A DNA stretch of 64,000 nucleotides from an uncultured Gemmatimonadales bacterium (GTDB lineage Bacteria > Gemmatimonadota > Gemmatimonadetes > Gemmatimonadales > GWC2-71-9). Below, piece after piece: positions 36,341 to 46,119 of the stretch (position 1 is its first letter; each line of letters begins with the position of its first letter). The stretch lies in contig CAWGED010000004.1 of assembly GCA_963821525.1 (NCBI GenBank), forward strand, positions 192,001 to 256,000, given 5' to 3'. The notes below the pieces were generated by a model. That model saw only the letters and a program-made list of their open reading frames with translations. It was not told where the DNA came from and did no database searches. A program made the translations under genes and the position numbers.

Positions 36341-36359
36341 CGAGTAGATTCAAGGCGCA

Positions 36360-36775
36360 CAGGCAGGACGGATGGTCGCGGGTCCAGGCTGCAGCTTGCT
36401 GCGGTCCAGGGCTCGAGGAAAGTCCGAGCTCCAACGGGTAGACTGCCAGGTAACGCCTGGGCGCCGAGAGGCGACGGACAGGGCCACAGAAAACAGACCG
36501 CCTGGAACCCGGGCGCGAGCCCGGGGGAATGGCAAGGGTGAAACGGTGGGGTAAGAGCCCACCGCATCGCTGGTAACAGCGGTGGCACGGTAACCCCCAG
36601 TCGGAGCAAGGCCAAATAAGCGGCGAGGTGTGACCCACACCGCCCCGCCGGGTCGCGAGATCCGGCTAGCCGCGGGTAGGCTGCTCGAGGCGGTTGGTGA
36701 CAACCGTCCCAGACAGATGACCATCCCCCGGGGCTTCGGCTCCGGGGAACAGAACTCGGCTTACGGGCCTGCCTG
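36360..36775 (+). ncRNA. rnpB: RNase P RNA, bacterial type A
   Basis: GAGGAAAGTCC, ACAGAAA, GGGTGAAACGG, GAGCAAG, AACAGAACTCGGCTTA; P1 CAGGCAGG / CCTGCCTG. Confidence 0.96.
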
Positions 36776-36889
36776 GGTAGACGGGCGAACGGGGTGAAAC
36801 TACGCCCCGCCGCCCGTCTGCCTTTTTCGCCCCTCCCGCCATTTCCAAAGGTGACATAGCTTTAGAGTTCCTCTGCCCGTAGTACCGGT

Positions 36890-37126
36890 ATGGCCATAAA
36901 ACCCAGCCCTATGCAGGATAGAAACCGACCATATCCGGAGTCATGGGACCGGGTAGCGGACGTCAGGGTCTTCCGGACGAGCGCGAACGACTGGGAAAAG
37001 CTCATCACCTGGCGTGCCGACATGCGAAAGCGCGGCTGGAAGCTCCTCAAGGTGACGAGCGACGATTCCGAACTCGTCGCGGTCTTCGGGCGTACCAAGA
37101 CGGACCTCCACCCGGGCGGCGGCTGA
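36890..37126 (+). CDS. Small hypothetical protein
   Basis: 78-aa ORF with GC-skewed codon usage: PESWDRVADVRVFRT...WRADMRKRGWKLLKV...VAVFGRTK. Confidence 0.6.
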   Translation: MAIKPSPMQDRNRPYPESWDRVADVRVFRTSANDWEKLITWRADMRKRGWKLLKVTSDDSELVAVFGRTKTDLHPGGG

Positions 37127-37172
37127 CCCGGCCGGTTCCCGTCGTCCATCCCCCTTACGCTTGAGGCAAGTC

Positions 37173-37956
37173 ATGAGGTCACGCCCCTGGATCGCCGCGG
37201 CCGTGGCGATCACTGGTATCCTCGCCTGGAAGGCGCCGCCGACCACCGCGGCTCGGCGCTACCGCCTGGATCTCAAGACGACCCAAGTCATCGACCTGAA
37301 AGCCGTCGGGACAAACCGAACAGCGCCAAGAGTTCGGCAGCACGGGATTCCTCAGCGTTTCCATCGCCGATACCACGGGCGGCAAGACAATCAGCGTCGT
37401 GCTCGATTCCCTGAAGCCTGACAGCGCGTCGCCGGTTCCGGCGGAGGCGGCCAAGGCAGCCGCCGGTACGACATGGCACGGGGTAGTCGGCTCGAACGGG
37501 AGAATCACCGGGCTCCAGGCCTCGAGCGATAACCCCGTCGCCGTGACGTTGACGGCGTTGTTGCGGGAATTCCTGCCGCCGGTTCCCGCGGGTGTAGCGC
37601 CGGGAAAGGCCTGGACTGACACGACCGAGAACAACGACAACGTGCCGAACGGATCGATGGCGGTCCGGACCATCACCAACTTCCAGTCGTCCTCGGAGAC
37701 CTATGAAGGGGTGAAGGCGCTCAAGATCGCGAGTGCGTCCAGCAGCTCCTTCTCGGGCAATCAGGAAACCGGAGGTGGATCCGCGGCCATCGAAGGCACA
37801 GGAACGGGAACCGGAGTCTGGTACGTCGGGCCCGACGGTACCTACCTCGGCGGAAAGCGGAGTAGCATGCAGAATCTGACGGTCTCGGGCGCCTTCGCAC
37901 CCGAACCGCTGCCTGTGGTTGTCACCCTCGATGCGACGACGTCGCTCCTGAAATGA
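37173..37956 (+). CDS. Hypothetical exported beta-rich protein (frameshift near 37320)
   Basis: N-terminal hydrophobic segment; Thr/Ser/Gly-rich strands; similar to next gene. Confidence 0.6.
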
Positions 37957-37960
37957 TCTT

Positions 37961-38822
37961 ATGAGGTCACATCGGCTGCTGGTACTTCTCGTTCTCGCAG
38001 GTTGTAGCAGCAACAGCCAGCCGCCTGAATCCCACCCCGAGCCCGGCCGGCCCGACGGCAGCTCAACCGAGCGAGCCGACCCCATCTGGCAAGGGCCTCC
38101 AGCTGCGCACCGAGGGAACCTTCCGCTACTCGCTCTGGCGACGGGACAGCGTCGTGGCCCAGATGCCGAGCGGAGAGGCGCAGGTCCAGGTCACGGGACA
38201 GACTGCGTTTGTCACCGTGAATCTCCAGCCGGCCTCAGATGGAGCCCAGCTGACCGCTACGCTGGACTCGGTTCGACCGGATGCGGATGTCACCTTCTCC
38301 ACGACCACTCTCGACAGCCTCTCAAATTCCAAGTGGAGCGGAAAACTGACCCGATCGGGCTGGGTCGAGTCGGTGACCGCGACAAATCACTCGCTCCTCG
38401 CCGATCAGATCCGGGACGCGATCAAGCTGCTGTTTCCAGTCGTCGGGGACAACGCGGGAGCCGGTTCCACCTGGCAAGGCACGGCGGCGGCGGTGGCGGC
38501 CCGGCTCAGCGTGGTGGACCTCGACGAGAGCGTCCAGGTGGTTGGAACGGCCGGAGCCGCGGCGAACGAGAACGGCCAGAAATTCATTCCCATCACGGTG
38601 ATCCGCACGACCGCGGGGCAGGGAAGCGGAAGCCAGGCCGGCCAGCCAATCGATCTCGCAGCGACGGGACGAGACTCCCTGGTCTATCAGTTGGGCAATG
38701 ACGGACAGGTCCTCGCCGCGGAAGGAGAACGGGTGAGGGACATGACCCTGACGGCGACCGCCGTAGGGCAGACAGTTCCGGTCACCCAGGAGAGCCGACT
38801 CAAGTTCTCTCTGCTCCGATAG
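37961..38822 (+). CDS. Hypothetical lipoprotein, paralog of upstream gene (frameshifted)
   Basis: Lipobox LVLAGC; second ORF 38154-38822. Confidence 0.6.
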
Positions 38823-38839
38823 GACGCTTGACCGGGTTG

Positions 38840-39751
38840 ATGAAGACGGCGTTGAAAACGCTCGTGGTGGCCGCCGCGGGTTTCGTCCTCTGGCTCCTCG
38901 CCATCTGGCCTCCCCCACTCTGGTACCGGACCCACTGGCCCGCGGAAACCGCGTTCATGTGGATGAGGCACGGAGAGGGCGGCCCGAAGACAGACTCGCT
39001 CCGCCAATACCGCCCGGTTCCCCTCGATTCGATTTCTCGAAGCCTTCAGGATGCCGTAGTCATCGGAGAGGACAACAACTTCTTCACTCATGGCGGGATC
39101 GATTACCTGGCCATGGCTCATGCCATCGGTTATCCCCGTCAGTCGTTTGCCTGGTCCTCCGCGCGAGATCGCGATGAGCTGTTCAGCGTACTTCCCCGAG
39201 CCTGGAGCAGGCGCGACAAGCTTCGGGGAGCCAGTACGATCTCTCAGCAGCTGGCCAAGAACCTATACCTCTCCTCGTCACGCAACCCGCTGCGCAAAGT
39301 GAAGGAAGCGGTAACCACCTACCGGCTCGAAACGGCATTGGGGAAGCGGCGGATCATGGAGCTGTATCTCAATGTGGCGGAGCTGGGTGACGGGATCTGG
39401 GGCGCCGAGGCCGCTAGCCGGAAGTATTTCAAGCGCGGCGCCGCGCGACTCACCCAGGAGCAGGCCGCCGCTCTCGCCGGATCGCTCCCCTTCCCGCTCA
39501 GCTCCAACCCCGGCTTCAAGCCAAGCCGAATGCGATGGAGGCGGGATCTCATCCTGCGCCGGATGCACGGAGAGTGGGTAGAAGTGCCGAAGGTGGAGAC
39601 CGAGGACCTGCCGGCACCTCCAGTGCCGGATTCGCTTTACATCGCGGTGGATTCTGCCGTCACAGCGGTGGACTCTATTCCGCTGGTCCAGACGGAATCG
39701 CTCCCCGCTCCACCGGACAGCCTGGAGACGGCACCGGACAGCGTTCCCTGA
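38840..39751 (+). CDS. mtgA: Monofunctional peptidoglycan glycosyltransferase
   Basis: EDNNFFTHGGID, RGASTISQQLAKNLYL, RKVKEA, KRRIMELYLNVAELG. Confidence 0.92.
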   Translation: MKTALKTLVVAAAGFVLWLLAIWPPPLWYRTHWPAETAFMWMRHGEGGPKTDSLRQYRPVPLDSISRSLQDAVVIGEDNNFFTHGGIDYLAMAHAIGYPRQSFAWSSARDRDELFSVLPRAWSRRDKLRGASTISQQLAKNLYLSSSRNPLRKVKEAVTTYRLETALGKRRIMELYLNVAELGDGIWGAEAASRKYFKRGAARLTQEQAAALAGSLPFPLSSNPGFKPSRMRWRRDLILRRMHGEWVEVPKVETEDLPAPPVPDSLYIAVDSAVTAVDSIPLVQTESLPAPPDSLETAPDSVP

Positions 39752-39770
39752 TTCGCGGGGTCGAGCGGGC

Positions 39771-40706
39771 TTAGAGAATCTTCTTGCCGAAAGCGGATTG
39801 AATCAGCTCGACCGCGAACTGGGCCGAAGTATTGCGGTCGTCCAGGATGGGATTGACTTCGACGACCTCGAGGGAACTCATCACGCCGGCCGCAGCGACG
39901 AGCTCCATGATGAGGTGAGCTTCGCGGTAATCCAGCCCGCCCTTCACCGGGGTGCCCACGCCAGGCGCGAGGCTGGGATCCACCGAATCCAGGTCGAAGC
40001 TCACGTGCACCAGGTCGGTCCCCGCGGTGACGTTGGCCAACGCCTTCCCCATGACACTGTGAATCCCCTGCTGGTCAATGTCCGCCATCGTGTAGACGTT
40101 GACCCCCAGGCGCTTCAGATGCCGCCGTTCCCCTTCGTCAACACTGCGAATTCCCACCAGAGCAATGTTCGCGGGATCCACTTTCTTGAAACGGCCACCG
40201 ATGCCGCCGAGCTCGCGCGGACCGAGTCCCAGCAGAGCGGCGAGTGGCATGCCGTGAATGTTCCCGGTCGGAGAAGTGCCGGGGGTGTTGATGTCGCTGT
40301 GCGCGTCCACCCAGAGCACCCCGACCTTGCGACGACTCGCGCGCGCCCAGCGGGCGATGCCTGAGATAGTTCCGACCGCGATCGAGTGGTCGCCGCCCAG
40401 CACGAGCGGGAAATGCCCCTGCTTCATCACCTGCCCCACCTTGGTGGCCAACAGTCGATTCGCCCGGGTGATCTCGGCCAGGTAACGGGCCCGAAGTCTT
40501 CCGACCCTCAGCTCCTCGATGTTGTGAATCAGGAGATCTCCGTCGTCAACGACGCGATGCCCCAGCTCGCGGAGGTGCTGATTGAGCCCGGCGATCCGGA
40601 TTGCGGAGGGACCCATGTCCACCCCTCGGCGGCCAGAGCCGAGGTCCATGGGAACGCCGAGGATGTGGATGGTTTTGCGCCGCGGGTTCGTTCGGGAGGT
40701 TGGCAT
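39771..40706 (-). CDS. rocF: Arginase
   Basis: GVDMGPSAIR, GGDHSIA, WVDAHSDIN, GNIHGMP, SFDLDSVDP, EVNP. Confidence 0.93.
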   Translation of the reverse strand: MPTSRTNPRRKTIHILGVPMDLGSGRRGVDMGPSAIRIAGLNQHLRELGHRVVDDGDLLIHNIEELRVGRLRARYLAEITRANRLLATKVGQVMKQGHFPLVLGGDHSIAVGTISGIARWARASRRKVGVLWVDAHSDINTPGTSPTGNIHGMPLAALLGLGPRELGGIGGRFKKVDPANIALVGIRSVDEGERRHLKRLGVNVYTMADIDQQGIHSVMGKALANVTAGTDLVHVSFDLDSVDPSLAPGVGTPVKGGLDYREAHLIMELVAAAGVMSSLEVVEVNPILDDRNTSAQFAVELIQSAFGKKIL

Positions 40707-40713
40707 CGGATTA

Positions 40714-40784
40714 TCAGTTCCGAGTTCAGAGTTCCGAGTTGGCATTCATCGAGCGGGAACTCAGAACCCTGAACTGGGAACTCA
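40714..40784. repeat. Inverted heptamer-repeat hairpin A (dnaN-arginase)
   Basis: TCAGTTC CGAGTTC AGAGTTC CGAGTTG ... GAACTCA GAACCCT GAACTGG GAACTCA. Confidence 0.85.
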
Positions 40785-41897
40785 ATCCACCAAGCGCAGC
40801 GGCATCACGAGCGTGAGGTACGACGCGGGATCGTTCCAGCCCACCGGCTCACAGGTGGCAGCGCGTTCGGGGCCCTTGAAGGTCATCCGCACCTCGTCGG
40901 TGGGCATGAACTTCAGGATCTCGAGGAGATAGGTGGCGTTGAAGCCGATCTCCAGTGAATCCCCGTCGTAGGTGATGGCCATTTCCTCCTGGGCCTCGCC
41001 CAGGTCCGGAGTCTGAACCGAGAGCTTGCACGCCCCATTGGTCAGCGCCAGCCGAATTCGATGGGTTTGGTCGCTGGCGACGATGCTCATGCGCCGAATG
41101 GCTGAGGTGAGGGCAGACTTGTCCGCGGTCGCGCTCTTGTCGTTCTCCTTGGGGATTACCTGCTCGTAGTTGGGATAGGGGCCCTCGATGAGCCGGGTGA
41201 ACACCTGAGTCGAGGCGGAACGAAATCCCAGGTGGTTCTCGCTCTTGGCGATCTCCAGCTCGTCCTTGTCTCCGAAGAGCCGGCGGATCTGGTCCAGCGC
41301 TTTCGGCGGAATGATCAGGTCGGCCTGACCCTTCGACATGCCGCCGGTAGCCGGCACATCCATCCGGGCCAGCCGGTGACCGTTCGTCGCAACCATGCGC
41401 ATCCGCTCGGGGCGGAGCTCCCAGAGTACGCCGTTGAGAATCGGCCGGCTTTCCTCGGTGCTGGCGGCAAAAGCCACGTGCCCGATCAGCTTTTGTACGT
41501 CGCCCGCGGCGCAGGACCAGCCACCGGTGAAATTGACCGCAGGGAAGGCCGGGAATTCCTCACGAGGCAAGCCGAGCAGGCGGAACTTGGCGCGGCCACA
41601 CTCGATGGTGACCCGTTGTTCTCCCGAGCTGGTAACCCGAATCGCCGCACTGGGCAGTTCTCGCACGATCTCGACCAGTTTCTTGGCTGGCAGAGTGAGC
41701 GCGCCTTCCTGATCCACCGAGGCTGGTACGGTGGTGGACACCGCGATATCCAGGTCAGTGCCGGAAAGCCGGAGACCGTTACCGGTGGCCTCGAGCAGGA
41801 TGTTGGAAAGGACCGGCAGTGTCGTCTTGGTCGGTACCGAAGCTGCGACCGCTACCAATCCTTCCTGAAGCTGTTCTCGTGTGATTGTGAACTTCAT
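40782..41897 (-). CDS. dnaN: DNA polymerase III beta clamp
   Basis: MKFTITREQL, GTDLD, RPILNGV, VATNGHRLA, IEGPYPNYEQVIP, LVMPLRL. Confidence 0.97.
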   Translation of the reverse strand: MKFTITREQLQEGLVAVAASVPTKTTLPVLSNILLEATGNGLRLSGTDLDIAVSTTVPASVDQEGALTLPAKKLVEIVRELPSAAIRVTSSGEQRVTIECGRAKFRLLGLPREEFPAFPAVNFTGGWSCAAGDVQKLIGHVAFAASTEESRPILNGVLWELRPERMRMVATNGHRLARMDVPATGGMSKGQADLIIPPKALDQIRRLFGDKDELEIAKSENHLGFRSASTQVFTRLIEGPYPNYEQVIPKENDKSATADKSALTSAIRRMSIVASDQTHRIRLALTNGACKLSVQTPDLGEAQEEMAITYDGDSLEIGFNATYLLEILKFMPTDEVRMTFKGPERAATCEPVGWNDPASYLTLVMPLRLVD

Positions 41898-42122
41898 CCC
41901 GCTCCTCAGCGTGCAGGAAAACTTCTGTTTCTTCTATAAGAATAACTTGACTAGCAGTAGCAGTAGAGGGTCTGGAAATGTGGATCAACTGCCCAATCGC
42001 ATTCCCTGCTCTACGATAGCCCTCTTCGCCGGTGTCGACTCGTTGTGGAACTTGTGGACCCGGCGGGGACAGTTCGCGCGAGGCCTCGCGACTTCCCACA
42101 GTTCCCACGCGATGTTCACGAC
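41898..42122. other. oriC: Replication origin oriC (DnaA boxes, DnaA-trios, AT-rich unwinding element)
   Basis: dnaA-dnaN spacer; DnaA-box-like TGTGGATCA 41979, TCTGGAAAT 41971, TGTGGAACT 42044, TGTGGACCC 42053, CTTCCCACA 42092; TAGCAGTAGCAGTAG 41952-41966; AT-rich 41920-41950. Confidence 0.85.
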
Positions 42123-43500
42123 CTACTGTGCAACCAGTTCCGCGCGAGCGCTTTCGATCCTGTCGCGGAATCCGCGGTCGCGGCTCATCTGCCGCTGAAC
42201 CTTGTCGACGCTGTGGATCACGGTCGAATGATCCCGCCCGCCGAAGGCATGGCCGATCTCGATCAACTGCATCTGCAGGAGATCGCGAGCCAGGTACATC
42301 GCGATCTGCCGCGGGATGACCAGCGTCTTGATCCGGGCCTTGGAGCGCAGCTGCTCCGCCGTGACTCCCCAGCGCCGGGCGACCACGTCCTGGATCCGGT
42401 CGATGGTCGGCAGGGTCTTGGGTGCCGCCAGCGAGTCGTCTCCCGGCCGGATCTTGTCGGCCAGCGCCTCCCGGGCCAGCTCGATCGAGACTTCGCGATG
42501 CTTGAGCGAGGCGTACAGCAGCAGCTTGATGATGCAGCCTTCGAGCTCCCGGACGTTGGAGCGGACATGCTCGGCGATGAAGCGGAGCACGTCGTCCGGA
42601 ATGGTCATCTCGAGGTGGTCCTGCTCCTGCTTCTTGCGCAGAATGGCGATGCGGTGCTCGAGGTCGGGCTGGCCGATGTCGGCCACCATGCCCCACTCGA
42701 ACCGGCTGACCAACCGGGCCTCGAGGCCCGGGATCTCCTTGGGTGGCCGGTCCGAGGTCAGGGCGATCTGCTTTCCACCTTCATAGAGGGCGTTGAAGGT
42801 GTGGAAGAACTCCTCCTGGGTCGCCTCTTTGCTCTCCAGGAAATGGACGTCATCCACCAGGAACAGATCGACGTCGCTCCGGTAGCGCTTCCGGAACTCC
42901 GGCATGGTCCGCCGGGTGATCCCCTCGATGACTTCGTTGATGAACTGCTCGGCGCTCACGTAAAGCACCCGGGTGTCGGGCCGGGTGCGGACCATCGAAT
43001 GGGCGATGGCCTGCATCAGGTGGGTCTTGCCCAACCCGGTGGCGCCGTAGATGAAAAGCGGGTTGTAGGTCTTGCCTGGTGCTTCGACCACCGCATGGGC
43101 GGCCGCGGCGGCAAGCTGATTCGACTTGCCGATGACGAAGCTGTCGAAGGTGTAGCGATCGTTGAGCGGCTGCGCGCTGGGATTCGTCGGCGACGGCGGC
43201 CTGAGCCGGTGCCGTCACGAAGAAATCCATCTGGGGGCGCTTCTGCCGGTCTTCCTGAACCCGGAAGACAATGGCGGTAGGCCGTCCCACCAATGGCTCC
43301 GCCAGCCGAGAGAGGAGACCGGCGTGATTGGTCTCGTTCCACTTGGCTGCGAACTCATCAGGGGCCGCCACGACCAAGCGCCCGTCTTCGAGGGCTACTG
43401 CTTCAGTAGGCTCGAGCCAGGCACGGACCACCTTGTCCGGAAGCTGATGGTAGGCCTCATCGAGGACCCGCTTCCAGACCTCTTTGGCTGACAGCTGCAT
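42123..43500 (-). CDS. dnaA: Chromosomal replication initiator DnaA (frameshift near 43180)
   Basis: YNPLFIYGATGLGKTHL, QEEFFHTFN, SRFEWG, NVRELEG, FGGRDHSTV. Confidence 0.97.
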
Positions 43501-43550
43501 GCTGCTCGGCGGTGGGATGTTTGCAAGGGCGCACGATAGTACGGGCCCCA

Positions 43551-43559
43551 TGTGGAAAA
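43551..43559. promoter_or_regulatory. DnaA box upstream of dnaA
   Basis: TGTGGAAAA (TTTTCCACA), 8/9 to TTATCCACA. Confidence 0.6.
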
Positions 43560-43624
43560 GTCAACCTTGACCCAAAAGGTCTTGCCTGAGTAGGTTGTGC
43601 GGCTCAATTGAGGGGACTAGATCC

Positions 43625-43786
43625 ATGAATCCGTCGTATCGCCCGCGCAACCGACGCCGGGTCAACAAGCATGGTTTTCGGGCCCGGATGTCCACCCGCT
43701 GGGGCCGGGCGACCCTTTCACGCCGTCGCAAAAAGGGTCGCAAGCGGCTGACCGTGAAGGTCGGATCCAAGCACGGGGCGCACTAA
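43625..43786 (+). CDS. rpmH: 50S ribosomal protein L34
   Basis: [18 protein letters not shown]...[11 protein letters not shown]. Confidence 0.96.
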   Translation: MNPSYRPRNRRRVNKHGFRARMSTRWGRATLSRRRKKGRKRLTVKVGSKHGAH

Positions 43787-43800
43787 CGACCCGCGAGCGC

Positions 43801-44136
43801 TTGCCGCGGTCTCACCGGCTGGCGCGCGCCGCTGATCTGAGGCGCTGCCTCGAGCAGGGCCGGCGCCGGCGGACGCGGCACCTCGAGTTCATCTGGTGTG
43901 ACAACACAACGGGCCACCCGCGGATGGGACTCATCGTCCCCAGGTATCATTCCTCCGCCGTGGCCCGCAATCGTTTGCGCCGCCGGCTCCGCGAAGTGTG
44001 GCGGCGAGAGGTGCAGTCGGCCCAGGGTGCACTGGACTTGGTAGTCAGGACGCGCAGGGAGGCCTACGGCGCGAGCTTCGTTGAGCTTCGCGATCAATTT
44101 CGCGGCTGGGCCGGCCAGACCTTTGGAGCGGCGTGA
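43801..44136 (+). CDS. rnpA: Ribonuclease P protein component
   Basis: [20 protein letters not shown] (RNR motif); synteny. Confidence 0.9.
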   Translation: MPRSHRLARAADLRRCLEQGRRRRTRHLEFIWCDNTTGHPRMGLIVPRYHSSAVARNRLRRRLREVWRREVQSAQGALDLVVRTRREAYGASFVELRDQFRGWAGQTFGAA

Positions 44137-44393
44137 TGGTACGCGAGGGGGAGCAATACGCGCTTCACAGTATTACCCAGCTACCGCAGCAGCTGCTGAT
44201 TCTGCTGGTGCGCGGGTATCAGCTTACCATCTCACCCGTGCTGCCTCCCAGTTGCCGATTCAGTCCTTCCTGCTCGCACTACACCCTCGAGGCGCTGCGT
44301 CGCTATGGCGCTCTGAAGGGTTCCTGGCTCGGCGCCAGGCGTCTGCTCCGCTGCCATCCGTTCAATCCGGGTGGCTTCGACCCGGTTCCCTGA
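44133..44393 (+). CDS. yidD: Membrane protein insertion efficiency factor
   Basis: [34 protein letters not shown]. Confidence 0.93.
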   Translation: MMVREGEQYALHSITQLPQQLLILLVRGYQLTISPVLPPSCRFSPSCSHYTLEALRRYGALKGSWLGARRLLRCHPFNPGGFDPVP

Positions 44394-44410
44394 CCTAGAA
44401 ATTCATCCGC

Positions 44411-46048
44411 ATGGACCGTCGAGTCCTCTGGGCGATCCTTCTCATGATGGCGATCGCCATCGCGCCGACCTTCTTCCTGAAGAAGCCGGTGCCGCGCCCG
44501 CCCGCATCAGAGCCAGCCCCACCAGCCACGATGGCACCGGCTCCGGACCAGACCCCGCTGCCGCGGGTTGCTTCCGATAGCTCCAGTGTGGGCGATACGG
44601 TCGAAGTCATCTCGCAGCTCTATCGATACGAGTTCGCGACCCGGGGCGCCCACATGCTCCAAGCGACCATCCTGGGCTATCCCTCGCTGACGCCTGCCGA
44701 GCACCGGGCCCCGGCCCGCCTGATCCCGGCCACGGATACGTGGTACACCTACTCGCTGGTCGTGGGCAACGACACGCTCTCGCTCGACGACTGGTCCTTT
44801 ACCCCTTCGACCGAGACGCTGCGGGTCAATGAGCCCGGGAAGCTCACCTTCACCGCGACGCGGGGTAATGTGCAGGTCGAGATTACATACGGCTTCCGTC
44901 CCGATGATTATCGGGTGCACGTGAGCGGTCACGTGTCGGGCATCGGCCCGAATGGCGCCACGCTGGTGGTGGGACTGGGCAACGGACTGGCCCATACCGA
45001 GGCGGATTCGGCCGCGAATCAGTACGAGTTCGGCATTGTCACCAAGACGGACGAATCGCAGCTCAAGCGCTTCGCCTCGCTCAAGCCGGGAGAGACGACG
45101 GTTCTGAGCGGTCCGTTCGAGTGGGTGGCGGTGAAGTCCAAGTATTTCGTGGCGGCGGTCCTGGCGATCGATTCAGCTTCCTCGGCGGTCAGCGGAGTTA
45201 CCGCTGTACCGCAGTCCGGTCCGGCCAAGCCGACCCGGGCGTCGGTGCGACTGGGGCTGCCGATCCCGGCCGCGGGAGATTTCGCGTTCAGCGCCTACGT
45301 CGGCCCCATGGAGTACGCCCGGCTCCGGGCCATCGGCCACGACTTCTACGACACCAATCCCTACGGGTGGCCGGGATTCCGGACCATCATCCGGCCGGTC
45401 GCGGTCGTCGCCCGCTGGCTCCTGGTCTGGATGCACCAGCACCTGCACCTGGCGTACGGCATGGTGCTGGTGCTCTTCGGCATCATGATCCGGGTCGTGC
45501 TGTGGCCGCTCAACCAGAAGGGCATGCGCGCCAGCATCAAGATGCAGGCGCTCCAGCCCGAGATGAAGGTGCTGCAGGATCAGCACAAGGACGACCCGCA
45601 GGCGATGCAGGCGGAGGTCTTCAAGCTCTACAAGAAACACAACGTGAATCCGTTCAGCGGATGCTGGCCCATGCTGCTGCCCTGGCCGATCCTGCTGGCG
45701 CTCTTCTTCGTGTTCCAGAACACGATCGAGCTGCGGGGCCAGCCGTTCCTCTGGCTGCCGGATCTGTCGCTCAAGGATCCGTTGTTTATCCTGCCGGTAC
45801 TGATGGGGTTGTCGCTGTTCGCCGTCAGCAAGGTGGGCATGATCGGGGTGCCGCCCAATCCCCAGATGAAGACCATGCTCTACGTCATGCCGGTCATGAT
45901 GACTGTGCTGTTTTTCAACTTCGCCTCGGGACTGAACCTCTACTACTTCATTCAGAACCTCGTCAGCGTTCCCCAGCAGTGGATGCTGGCGAAAGAGCGG
46001 TTGAAGAATCAGCCGCCGCCGGCGCCGCCTCCCGCGAAGAAGAAATAG
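44411..46048 (+). CDS. yidC: Membrane protein insertase YidC
   Basis: YVGP, KMQALQPE, NPFSGCWPML, FLWLPDLS.KDP, SGLNLYY. Confidence 0.96.
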   Translation: MDRRVLWAILLMMAIAIAPTFFLKKPVPRPPASEPAPPATMAPAPDQTPLPRVASDSSSVGDTVEVISQLYRYEFATRGAHMLQATILGYPSLTPAEHRAPARLIPATDTWYTYSLVVGNDTLSLDDWSFTPSTETLRVNEPGKLTFTATRGNVQVEITYGFRPDDYRVHVSGHVSGIGPNGATLVVGLGNGLAHTEADSAANQYEFGIVTKTDESQLKRFASLKPGETTVLSGPFEWVAVKSKYFVAAVLAIDSASSAVSGVTAVPQSGPAKPTRASVRLGLPIPAAGDFAFSAYVGPMEYARLRAIGHDFYDTNPYGWPGFRTIIRPVAVVARWLLVWMHQHLHLAYGMVLVLFGIMIRVVLWPLNQKGMRASIKMQALQPEMKVLQDQHKDDPQAMQAEVFKLYKKHNVNPFSGCWPMLLPWPILLALFFVFQNTIELRGQPFLWLPDLSLKDPLFILPVLMGLSLFAVSKVGMIGVPPNPQMKTMLYVMPVMMTVLFFNFASGLNLYYFIQNLVSVPQQWMLAKERLKNQPPPAPPPAKKK

Positions 46049-46118
46049 GTGTCAGGTTTCAGGGGTCAGGTGTCAGGGACTACTACCCCTGACCCCTGAC
46101 ACCTAACACCTGACACCT
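46047..46118. repeat. Inverted heptamer-repeat hairpin B (yidC-mnmE)
   Basis: AGGT GTCAGGT TTCAGGG GTCAGGT GTCAGGG -ACTACTAC- CCCTGAC CCCTGAC ACCTAAC ACCTGAC ACCT. Confidence 0.9.
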
Positions 46119-46119
46119 T

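Noticed and set aside
36315..36857. ORFs overlapping 36315-36857
   Set aside because: The region is the RNase P RNA gene and its downstream hairpin.
33107..43280. Long antisense ORFs (e.g. 33107-34306, 42045-43280, also 19184-20617, 22136-23110)
   Set aside because: Shadow ORFs of high-GC coding strands with no recognisable motifs.
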